Source of the DNA: the human T2T-CHM13v2.0 reference genome, Homo sapiens
NCBI RefSeq assembly: GCF_009914755.1
Contig: NC_060925.1
Direction: 5' to 3' (one strand)
Length of the DNA: 64,000 bases
Shown: piece after piece, positions 42,281 to 54,948 of the stretch
How the letters are laid out: each line of letters opens with the position of its first letter
Position numbering within the stretch: position 1 is the first letter of the stretch
Notes under the pieces: model-generated
The model's database searches: none
Seen by the model: the letters and a program-made list of their open reading frames with translations, nothing else
What the model was told of the DNA's origin: nothing
Program-made: the position numbers and the translations under genes

Positions 42281-43689
42281 GTGCACCAGGTAAAGGAAAA
42301 GGAAGACTTGTAAGGCAGGAGGAACAGCCTGTCCGAAGACATAAAGAGTGAAAGAAGTTAGTTTTAGGAAACGTTCTCACAGGATTTTGTTTTTTGTTTT
42401 TTTTTTTGAAGATCAAATGAGATAATAAATGTATATAAAATCCTTAGTACAGTACCTGGCACATACTAAGTTCACAATAAATGAAAGTCCCATTTTTTTT
42501 TTCTGTGTGATACAAATTACTTCTCAGAGCCTCATCTGTAAAATGGGGGTAATGTCACCTGTATGATGAAAACAGAGGTCTGAACCTTTCTACTCTAAAA
42601 TAGTATGAATAGCTTGCAGAAATTCTATTGGGAGCAAGGTTAAAAGGAAAACAATTATCAAGAAACGAATGAGTACCCTGCCTTTCACTGATTTAAATAA
42701 TTTACTTTAACAAAACCTCTGGTGCTCTCCATCTCTACACTTTAGCTAACATTGGTCCTATTCCTTCCTCCTAAAAATATTAGTCATTCCTTGAATGAGT
42801 TGTGGATACTCAGTGCTCCAAAGTTTTCATAGGCAGGTTTCTCAGGGCTTTCTCCTCCTATTCTCCTAACTCCTATTCACCTCACAAGACTGTACCAACA
42901 TCACATGTCCTGGGGCTTCCCTGACCTTATGGGAAGATCTGCCTGATTCTCTTTATGCGACAGGTACTCCACTAAGGCCGTACACTCTCTCTTATTGGTT
43001 TAGGTGTTATTTTCACCTGCCAGACTGTGAGCTCTTCCAGGGCAGACAGGATGAATGTTTCATTTTTGTTTCTTCAGCACCTGGCCACAGTAGCTGTTCA
43101 GTTCTTATTACTGAATAAATGAGGTGTTCTCCGGCAAACATGTAGGATCAGTTAGAGTGTGTATGTGTTGGTGGGGGTGTGGGGAGGGTGGAGCACAGAG
43201 GATTTCAGGGCATCAGAAGGGCAGATGTAAAAAATGAACACGTCTCTCATCCACACAAGTCCGGGACTTTGTCATTTAGACATTATTAGGGGAAAAAGAA
43301 GAGGTAGTCTGATAGAATGGAAGCTATCTAGTTTAAGAAACAGGAGGCCTGATTTCCCTCCAAACTTGTTCAGGATTCATCTGTGTGACTTCAGTAAGTG
43401 TCCTTCCCTCTCTGAGCCTTATTTTTGGCGATTCCGTTTCTGGTCTTCCAGGAATCTAGGCGTCCTCCAGCTCTGAGATTCCCAGGGGCCTATTGGCCTC
43501 GGGGAGAGAATAGGCCTGGCTTTCAGGCCACATGAGGCTGTGACCCACAGCTGGCACTGGTCACCTCCGCTGTCTCCTCTTCCTCTCTCCTCCTTCCCTC
43601 ACACCCCCTTCCTCCATCCTCCCTCTTCTTCCCCCATTGTCCTCCCCATCCTTCCCTTCCTCCCGCCTCCTCCCCTGGCTCCTCCTCTC

Positions 43690-44320
43690 CCCGTCCGGTA
43701 CTCGGGGGGAGGCGCGCTGGGTGGTCCGGCAGCCGGGGGCGGGCGGTAGCCTGCAGGCGTAATTGGCATGCACGCCGTTGTAGCTGAGACCGCTTAATAA
43801 AGCATTACATATCTCACCGCTTCCATATTTCATTACCTCACGCGGAGCCTGTGAGAGGGCCCTAATGGGAGTCAGCTGTGTTTTTACTTTCTGTTGTCGG
43901 CCGGGACGGGTTTCTCTGCGGATTCTTTGAAATGAAATAATGTGATGCACGCCGCGATAAGGGCCGGCCTGTAATGAGGCCCAGGCCGCCGGGCGGCTGC
44001 TATTGCTCCAGGTGTCGCGTATTTGGGCTGCGAGGACAAGGAGGAGGAGGGGGCGGCGCCGGAGGATCGGGGGGGAGGGGGAAGTCGCGAGGGGCAGGGG
44101 GTGGGAGAAGGCGGAGGGAGGAGGCAGGGGGCAGGGGGCGGGCGGAAGAGGGGAGGAAGGAGGGGGCGGCGGGCCGCGGCAGGCCAGGCGGGAGAAGCCG
44201 GAGACAGAGAGAGGACGGGGACAGTGGCGGCCTGCAGAGCCCTAGGAACCCGGGTTCAAATCCTGCCCGCCAGCGTGAGAGAGCGTTTGCCCGCCCAGGC
44301 GGTCCACCGGGGTGAGGCTA
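43690..44320. promoter_or_regulatory. Orphan CpG island with homeodomain-motif-rich core
   Basis: Dense CpGs; core 43750-44000 has TAATTG, TTAATAAA, CATTA, CTAATGG, GTAATG; C-rich left flank and G-rich right flank. Confidence 0.85.
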
Positions 44321-46668
44321 ATATTCATCTCACGGGGTTGTGTGCAGGTAAATGAAGAGGGTTTGTAAATTGGAAAGGACACATCACACATAAAAGGAAT
44401 CATTTACTGAGAGAAAGGAACTGACGCCCTTTGAGCATCCCCTCTGGGCATGGCAGCTGCCAGCCACTTCACTGAATGATCACAGCAGCCTCACTTGCTA
44501 AGAATTGTTACCTTCCCTTTACACAAGAGGAGACTGAGGGTCAGAGCAGCGAGGGGCTGGCTCCAAGGCACACAGGAAGAGGCTGAGGGCAGCCCTAGGC
44601 AGGTAGCCAGATGGAGATAGAGTTGGAGGAGAAGTTGGTCCACTGCCCGCTGACTGGGCCACCCTGGCACCCCCCTCGAGGGGAGCTGGGCTTTCTTCTC
44701 CACCTTGCTCTATGGGCCTCCTCCTGTGGGTCTGAGGCCTTTGCCCTCCACACGGGGATGGAATGGGGTGTGGTGCAGGACTCCTTGTAGGAGGGGCAGT
44801 GGCTGGCTGTGGGGAGAAGTCCTTAGGAAGCCCCCTGTTCTGAGCATGCTCCTCTGTTCAAAATCCCACAGCTACAGTCCCTGAGTGTCAGCTTGCTTCG
44901 TGTCCACTCTGTCTTCATCTCCAGGAAATAAATGCTCTTTGAGGAGTTTTGTTGTATCTCCTCAGTGTCTCTTAAATCCACTCACTTCTTGCCCTCCCTC
45001 CTGGCACTGCCCTGGGCCAAGCTTCTGGTCCTGCTTCGGACACTGAAGGGATCTTTCTGAAATGCTGACTCACGCTGCTGTCCTTCAGCATCGGGCTCCT
45101 CATTGCTCCCAAGGGCCTCTGGCTTCCCTAGCATGCCCTAGCAGGCCCTCCCTGCCTGGACTTTAGAGCCTCCCCCAGCTCCTCAGCTTCATCTTTATCA
45201 CACCCCATCCCTGGCCCTGCCAGACTAGGTGACTGGCCTTTCCCTGAGTTCATCTCTGGACACTTGCTCATGCTGTTCGCTCTGCTTAAAATGCTCTTCC
45301 CACATGGAGCCACCTTGGGAGTCCTATTCTATCTCCAAGACTCAGCACGATGACTGCTCATTCCAGGAAGCCTTCTTGCCATGTGCTCCTCTGCTTCCGA
45401 GTTGTGTTTGCTTTCTTTCTTCTCTGAGCCTCAGTTTCCGCATATGTAACACGAAGGAGTTGGGGGCTGATCTCTGGGCTGCATGGTCTCATGAAGTTAT
45501 GGGGTTAGGTGCTAGTTTCCTCTTGAAGGAGAAACAGATAGTTTGAGTGTGTCAGCATGTTAGATGATGACCATATCGTATGTGCCTGCCACATGGCACA
45601 CATCACATTGGTGCTTTATATGCATTAGATACATGCGTTGCTTGGGATTATGCTGCAGTAAACGGAGAAGCTGGGATCAGAAGCCAAGTCTTTCTGATTC
45701 CTGAGCCTGTGCATAGGTGCGTGAGCATATGCATATGTGCTTGTCTGTGTGTGTACATGTAAACTCAGTACTCAGTACTCAGTGTTGGTGGCACTTTAAC
45801 CTGCTCAAAACCCTCTCACCTCCAGGAGCCCGTTGAGGTTGGGATATATAGACATAGAGAGGTTGGGCTGTTGCCTTAGTTACACAGGTGCTGGGAAAAG
45901 AAGGGGGGTGTGGAGCAGGAGGAGACACTCCTCTGGCCCAGAGAACCAAGTGAGATCCTCTCCGTGCAGGATTCTTTGCTCTTCAACCTCGGCCTAACTT
46001 TGACAGCTTTGTTTCCCAAATAACCTCTTTACTGCATCCTAACTTTCTGTATATAGGTCCTGCTTTGGAGCCTTTGCTTAAACTGGTCCCTGCATCTGGA
46101 ATGCTCTTTTCCAAAGCCTGCCTGTGGACGTCTTATTCTTCCTTCAAGACCCAGCACAGATCCCACTCTTCACAGAAGCCCACAGAACCATCTCTTTCTT
46201 TCCCTGTTTCATGCTCTGCATACACTTTTCTCGCCCAGCTTAGAGTGTTAGCTTGGAGCATCCTTGTTTCAAGACCATGAGCTCTGAGGTCAGAGGCTGA
46301 GTTTAACTCTTGGCCAACAGAGACCTGACCTGGTGTGGAATAGATATGTTGGATATGCTTGTGAATGCCTGGCCAGGCAGGATGTGTTTTGAGGCTCACT
46401 GCAAATGGATGCAAGTTCTCACTCATTGAAAATGCTTGATATGTGGCAGGTAATAAAATTGTCATTATTTATTACTGTGCTTTTGCTTGGGTCAGGTTTG
46501 ATGTTGCAATCTGTATTTCATTTTATTCTTACAATAACTTACAATCCCATTTTACCAGTGAAGAAACTGAGGCTAACTGATACTAAATAACTTACCCAGA
46601 CTGTAGAACTAATCAGTATCAGAGCCAGGACTAAAATTCAGTTCTGTCTGCCTCAAAAAAGGAGTCTG

Positions 46669-47044
<376 letters not shown>

Positions 47045-49025
47045 TTAACGTGCAAATGATTTTTTGAGAGAGGGCTTAAGTGTAGTTCAGTCTTAGCCAG
47101 CCACAACTGAGATTTGCAACCCAAGCCCTAGTCCTCACCAACCATTCTGCTATCAGGTTTTCATCTCTAGAGTGATTGACAGGTATTTTTTTCCCTCCCT
47201 GACCCAGAACGCCAGGCCTCCAATACTACTGAAATGTTTGCACAATCTTGAAGCATTTATTTAAAAGTTGCTTTTCCCCAAAGGGCCTGGCCTCAACCAG
47301 ATCCTGAGCCAGATCCAAAAAAACAAACAAATCCTATCTTTACAAGCTCCTCAGCTGGGCTGCGTGGGGCGGGTGGGGGTGGGGGTCCCCTGGGTCCTAC
47401 CTTTCCTTGGCTGGCTGACAGGCCCGCCCCAGGGCGAGGAGACCGCCTGCCTGTTTACAGCCCTTTCCAATTCACAGGCCAAACAGGAAAGGGGGGAGGG
47501 GTTAGAGAAGGGCACAAATGTCAGAAATCACAAATCATACAGTTGCTCCTCAAAGCAATAGGCGGTGGAGATGTTAATGGGGACGTGGCTGGGTTGGGCT
47601 TCTTGAATGCTCGTCAGGGACAGAGTGAGACCCTGGCTACCACTTTGCAGGTCCCAGCATCAATAACTAAGCTCCCCATAACCTGCATAGCATTATGGAT
47701 CTGAGGGGCAGTGATCTCTCAGATGGGTGTCAGAGGACCTGAGTGCCACACCTGGCTGGGTCTGCGTTGCCAGCCAGGCCCAAGCTGGTGTACATTGGGG
47801 TTGCCATCACTGTTGCTTGGAAAAGTCCATTCAACTTTCTGGCCTCCACCGTCATGGACCCATGAGGGGCTGATCTCCAGCTCTGGCATTCTCTCTCTGT
47901 GAATCATGCCCATCCGGACTCTTGGGCAAAGCAATGAGGAAAACAGGGAACCCCCCTTCATGGAAGGTATTTTGTGTGCCTGGTACAGCATTTGGTACTG
48001 TCTGGAGGTTGTCTCATTTACTTGGCACAGCCTCCCTGAATGGTCTTTGCTGTGATTCCTTCCTATATGTGAGGAATCCAGGGCCAGCACTGGAACCCAC
48101 GGTCCACCTGGCCCCCTCCTCCCTGTCTCCCGGTACGCCCGGCAAAGCACTGACACCAGGTTGGATGGATGGCCTGATTTAGAACAAAGTCTAGAGTGTG
48201 CAGAGTGTGGTGTGGCCTGCATTGTGTGCCCAGGAGTGGGACCGAGGTGAGGCAAGGGCTCTGCAGAAGTGGAGACTGAGGTCTAGAGAATGGCTATCTC
48301 TCACCCACCTTCTCACAGTCACTGAGGAGCCTTCTGGTCACAGATGGGCACACTGAGGCCTGTGACTAGGCGAGCTCGAGCTATGTCCCTGAGGTGCTGC
48401 CTAAGAAATTGGGCTCAAACACTTTGCTTTTTTCCAAAGACCTCTAATGTGCAGCCCCACTGCAGGGTTCCCGCTGGGCATTATCCATTCCTGCCATTGG
48501 ATCTCTGCTGCCTACTGCGAGATACCAAACTCATTAATGGCCTCTGTGCTCACCTCCTTGTCCCAATCAGTGCCAAGGCCACTTAAGCTGTGTGTCAGTC
48601 CTTACACGGACTAGGCAGTGCCACACCTCTGCCTGTACCTTCTAGAATGCTTCCTGGAATACCTGCCTGGAATACTACCTGTGTCACCTTAGGCAAGTGA
48701 CTTAGCTTCTTCAAGCCCCAGTATCCTCCTCTACAAAAGAAGGACCTTATGCAATAGTAGATGTGCAAGTGCTTTGTGACCACAAGGCCCAAGCTGGTGT
48801 ACCTTGGGATTACTATCACTGTTGCTGTTTTCAGTGGGCTGTTGTCAGTCTGGCCAGGAGCTTCTGTTGAGTGACCCATTGATAGACTGGCTTCTTCTCT
48901 TTGCCCCAACTAGACCCCTCTGTGAGCTGTTTGTGCTGACCTTGGGCTGGGAAGATGCTCTCAAACACCTGTTGTGGGCCAGGCTGGGAACTCTAGGAAG
49001 AAGCAAATCAAAGAAATATTTTGCT

Positions 49026-49540
49026 GGGAATATACGCTAAGGAATGTAAATCATTCTGTTATAAAGATACATGCATGTGTATGTTCATTGTAGCACTATT
49101 CACAATAGCAAAGAAATGGAATCAACCTAAATGCCCATCAATGATAGACTGCATAAAGAAAATGTGGTACATGTACATCATGGAGTACTATGCAACCATA
49201 AAAAGGAATGAGATCATGTCCCTTGGAGGGACATGGATGGAGCTAGAAGCCATTATCCTCAGCAAACTAATACAGGAACAGAAAACCAAACACCACATGT
49301 TCTCACTTGTAAGTGAGAGCTGAACAATGAGAACACGTAGACACAGGGTGGGGAAGAACACACACTGGGGCCTGTGGTGGGGTTGGGGGGATGGAGAGCA
49401 TCAGGATAAATAGCTAATGGATACTGGGCTTAATACTTAGGTGATGGGTTGATGGGTGCAGCAAACCACCACATTTACCTATGTAACAAACCTGCACATC
49501 CTGCACAGGTATCCCAGAACTTAAATTTTAAAAAAAGAAA
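49026..49540 (+). mobile_element. 5'-truncated L1PA (mid-age primate L1)
   Basis: ORF2 C-terminus (MFIVALFTIAKKWNQPKCPS) and 3'UTR; 16-bp TSD aaagaaatattttgct at 49010-49025 and 49541-49556. Confidence 0.93.
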
Positions 49541-50064
49541 AAAGAAATATTTTGCTATTGTTTCCTTACACCCAGTTCCCAATCCATTGCATGTGTGCAA
49601 TTGGGGGCAGCCTGGAGGAGGGGAAAGAACTGGCCGAGCTCTACCTCCCTGCCGCTGGGAGCCCTGACAGGGCTGGGACCATGTCTGACTTTTCGCTGCA
49701 TCTCTAGAGCCCAGAATAGAACCTGGGACTGAACAGGCACTCACTAAGTATGTGTTTATATATATGAAATAATTTTGAGAAAGTTATCTCAGTTCTCTGA
49801 GCCTCAGCTTCCTCATCTGTAAAATGGGGATGATAATACAACTTAACTCATAGGTTCATTGTGAGGATTAAGAATAGCAATCTATGCAAGGTACTTAGAA
49901 TAGTGCCTGGCACGTAATGATAATGCTCTCATGTACTTAAGAGAAACAAAGGCTCAGAGAAGGTAATTGCTTTGTTCAGTGTAAAGTGGGAGAGCTGGGA
50001 ATGGAATTTAGGTTTGTCTAACTCCAGAATCTCAGATGTTGACCACTATTGTCTATTACCTGAG

Positions 50065-50610
<546 letters not shown>

Positions 50611-50807
50611 CTGTTGTCTCTCCATGGTAGACTTTCAATAACTAAATGTGCCCTACCATAGTATCGCCCAGACTGCAATGTTATGAAAATTATTTGTTGT
50701 CTTTGTCATGAGAGTGAGCTCTGTGATGGCAGGGACTCTGATTTTTCTCTGCTAAGTCTCCACTGACCAGTCCTGTGCTAGGCACCCAGCAGGTTAGTGG
50801 CTCTCTA

Positions 50808-51330
50808 TTGTGCCAGCTGAGCTAAGCTGGAGCCCTGTTTCCCAGAAATCCTTCTCCTGCATAGTTCCAGGTTAGCAAGGGCTGCAGGAGATATTTTGCC
50901 TGAGATTCAGAAGGTGGCAGTGAAGTAGCAGCCATATTCTTTCTGGGCTGGGAAGGTCAGTGTGGGGACCTGAGTTCTTGCTCTTGATTGCTTCTCTCCT
51001 GGCTTGCCTGGTTGGCCTGGGGCAGCAGCCAGGGTTCTGTGGCTCCTCCAGCTCTTACCCCATCTGCCTCTTCAACTTCCCTGAATCTTGGGCTGGTTGC
51101 ATGTGCAGTTCTATGATGAAGAGTTCTAGCTTCTCCAAGAGAACATCTGTTATTGAAGTTAGAGGCTTAGGGTGGTGAGGATCCTCGTGGGTCCCAGTTT
51201 GTCCTTGCTTCTCCTGCTTCATATCATCTTCCCTTCTGCACTGCCAGCCCTGTGGCCCTCATATGGAAGCATGTGGACTATCTAACCAGCTCCCACACTT
51301 GCATAAGATCAATCACTATAATAAATACTT
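50808..51330 (+). mobile_element. ERVL-type LTR (LTR41/LTR52-like)
   Basis: gctaagctggagccctgtttcccagaaatccttc...cttgcataagatcaatcactataataaat. Confidence 0.5.
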
Positions 51331-51337
51331 TTCTTTC

Positions 51338-51632
51338 TTTCTTTTTTTTTTTTAATGATACAGTGTCTTGCTTTCACCCAGGCTGGAGTGCAGTGGCGCA
51401 TTCATGGATCACTGCAGTCTCAACCTCCCAGTCATAAGCCATCCTCCTGCCTCAGCCTCCTGAGTAACTGGGGCTACAGGTGAGTGGCACCACATCCCTC
51501 TAATTTTTTGATTTTTTGTTGAGATGGGGGTTTCACTTTTGCCCAGACTGGTCTCAAACTCCTGGCCTCAAGCAACTGTCCTGCCTTAGTCTCTCAAGGG
51601 GCTGGTATTATATGTGTGAGCCACTATACCCT
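51338..51632 (-). mobile_element. AluJ
   Basis: Diverged dimeric Alu. Confidence 0.88.
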
Positions 51633-51992
51633 AAATTTCTTATTCTGTGTATCTTCTGGTGGTTCTTTCTCTGATTGATACATAGGTATTCAGTAAGTAC
51701 TAATTGAGTTAAGGAATGATTTATTTGATTGGCCCCCTGGTATGTGGTACCTACTAATGAATGTCTATCTCTGTCTGCTTGGAGGCTGATGCAGGTGGGA
51801 GAAGGACTTGGGCTCAAACTCTAAGACCATATGTTTCCCAGCCCTTTTGGCACAGCATGCCTATCTGTGTCCAAGTAGAGTTAGAAGGGGCCCGTGAGCT
51901 AGAGGGAGCTAAGAGAGAATATAAGGAGGGGACTTAGGGTGATATTTAGGTTGGCCTGGATGCAGGTCTCAGTCACTCTGACAATATCCATC

Positions 51993-54271
51993 TGATATGG
52001 TTTGGCTGGGTCCTCACCCAAATCTCATCTTGAATTGTAGCTCCCATAATTCCCTCATGTTTCAGGAGGGACCCAGTGGGAGATAATTGAATCATGGGGG
52101 TGATTCCCCCCATTCTATTCTCATGGTAGTGGATTAGTCTCATGAGATCTGATGGTTTTATAAGGGGAAACCCCTTTTGCTTGGCTGTCATTCTTCTCTT
52201 GTCTGCCACCATGTGAGACAGGCCTTTCACCTTCCACCATGATTGTGAGGTCTCCCAGCCACGTGGAAATTTGAGTCCATTAAACCTCTCTCTTTTGTAA
52301 TTGCCCAGTCTTTGGTATGTCTTCATCAGCAGCATGAAAACAGACTAATACAGTATATTGGTACCAGAAGTGGGGTGCTGCTGAAAAGATACCTGAAAAT
52401 GTGGAAGCGACTTTGGAACTGGGTAACCGGCAGAGGTTGGAACAGTTTGGAGGGCTCAGAAGAAAACAGGAAAATGTGGGACAGTTTGGAACTTCCTAGA
52501 GATTTGTTGAATGGCTTTGACCAAAATGCCGACAATGATATGGACCATGAAATCCAGGCTGAGGTGGTCTCAGATGGAGATGAGGGACTTGTTGGGAACT
52601 GGAGCAAAGGTGACTCTTGTTATGTTTTCTCAAAGAAACTGGCAGCATTTTGCCCCTGCCCTAGAGATTTGTGGAACTTTGAACTTGAGAGAGATTATTT
52701 AGAGTATCTGGCGGAAGAAATTTCTAAGCAGCAAAGCATTCAAGAGGTGACTTGGGTACTGTTAAAAGCATTCAGTTTTAAAAGGAAAACAGAGCATAAA
52801 AGTTTGGAAAATTTGCAGCCTGACAATGCAACAGGAAAGAAAATCCCATTTTCTGAGGAGAAATTCAAGCCAGCTGCAGAAATTTGCATAAGTAACTAGG
52901 AGCCACCAAGACAACAGGGAAAATGTCTGCAGGGCATGTCAGAGACCTTTGCGGCAGCCCCTCCCATCGCAAGCTGAGAGCCCTAGGAGGATTTGTGGTC
53001 CTGGCCCAGGGTCCCTCTGCTGTGTGCAGTCTAGGGACTTGGTGCCCTGCATCCCAGTCACTCTAGCTGTGATTAAAAGATGCCAAGGTGTAGCTCGGGC
53101 TGTGGCTTCAGAGGTGCAAGCCCCAAGCCTTGGCAGCTTCCATGTGGTGTTGAGCCTGTGGGTGTACAGAAGTCAAGAATTCAGGTTTGGGAACCTCTGC
53201 CTAGATGTCAGAGGATGTATGAAAACACCTGGATGTTCAGGTAGAAGTTTGCTGCAGGGGTAGGGCGCTCATGGAGAGCCTCTGCTAGGGCAGTGTGGAA
53301 GGGAAATGTGGGGTGGGCGCCTTCACACAGAGTCTCCACTGGTGTGCTATCTAGTGGAGCTGTGAGAAGAGAGCCACCATCCTCCAGACCCCAGAATGGT
53401 AGACCCATCGACAGCTTGCACCGTGTACCTGGAAAAGCTGCAGACACTCAATGCCAGCCTGTGAAAGCAGCCAGGAGGAAAGCTGTACTCTGCAAAGCCA
53501 CAGGGGTAGAGCTGCCCAATACCATGGGAACCCACCTCTTGCATCAGCATGACCTGGATGTGAGACATGGAGTCAAAGGAGATCATTTTGAAGCTTTAAG
53601 ATTTGACTGCCCCATTGGATTTTGGACTTGCATGGGGCCTGTAGCCCCTTTGTTTTGGCCAATTTCTTCTATTTGGAATAGCTGTATTTATCCATTGCTT
53701 GTATCCCCATTGTATCTAGGAAGTAACTAACTTGCTTTTAGTATTACAGGCTTATAGGTGGGAGGGACTTGCCTTGTCTCGGATGAGACTTTGGACTGTG
53801 GACTTTTGAGTTAATGCTGAAATGACTTAAGACTTTGGGGGACTGTTGGGAAGGCATGATTGGTTTTGAAATGTGAGGACATGAGATTTGGGAGGGGCCA
53901 GGGGTGGAATGGTATGGTTTGGCTGTGTCCCCACCCAAATCTCATCTTGAACTGTATCTTCCATAATTCCCTCATGTTGTGGGAGGGACCCAGTGGGAGA
54001 TAATTGTATCATGAAGGCGGTTTCCTTCATACTGTTCTTGTGATAGTGAATAAATCTCAAGAGATCTGATGGTTTTATAAGGGGAAACCCCTTTTGCTTG
54101 GCTCTCATTCTTCTCTCATCTTCCACCATGTGAAACGTACCTTTCACCTTCCACCATGATTGTGAGGCCTCCCCAGCCACGTGGAACTGTTAGTCTATTA
54201 AACTTCTTTCTTTTGTAAATTGCTCAGTCTTGGGTATGTCTTTATCAGCAGCATGAAAATGGACTAATACA
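51993..54271 (+). mobile_element. Full-length THE1 (THE1A-like) MaLR: LTR 51993-52352, internal 52353-53909, LTR 53910-54271
   Basis: Two ~360-bp direct LTRs (TG...ctaataca), ~1.56-kb internal region, perfect 5-bp TSD ccatc at 51988-51992 and 54272-54276. Confidence 0.95.
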
Positions 54272-54618
54272 CCATCTCTGCCCCAGAATGGGCATCCTGA
54301 AGTCTGGGGGACCATCTGTTTGTCTAATCAGCCTTTGCAGAATGGACAAGAAGGAATACCCAAGGCTAATGACTCTGACTCTCAATCTCATCGTCACTTA
54401 AAGGACTCAAGAGATGTGGATGGCTCCTTATCATGCTCCAGGAACCCTCTACCAGCTCCCTATCAGCCTTGTGATAAAAGCCAAGACCCTTAAATCTGTG
54501 TACAAGATTCTCTGTGACCTTGTCCTTGAACCCCAGCCAGCACAATAATGTCCCACATCATTTGGCCTTAACCTCAGTGAAACTGAATGAATGAGATGTG
54601 CAGGTCTATGCATTATAA

Positions 54619-54948
<330 letters not shown>

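Noticed and set aside
43561-44355. G/R/E-rich ORFs across the second CpG island
   Set aside because: Products of purine and pyrimidine tracts; the MKYGS shared with ORF 20896-21312 reflects a shared DNA motif, not protein homology
47719-48255. 178-aa minus-strand ORF (also 2866-3372 and 336-806)
   Set aside because: Non-ATG or weak starts, overlap with decayed repeats, no recognisable homology or splice context
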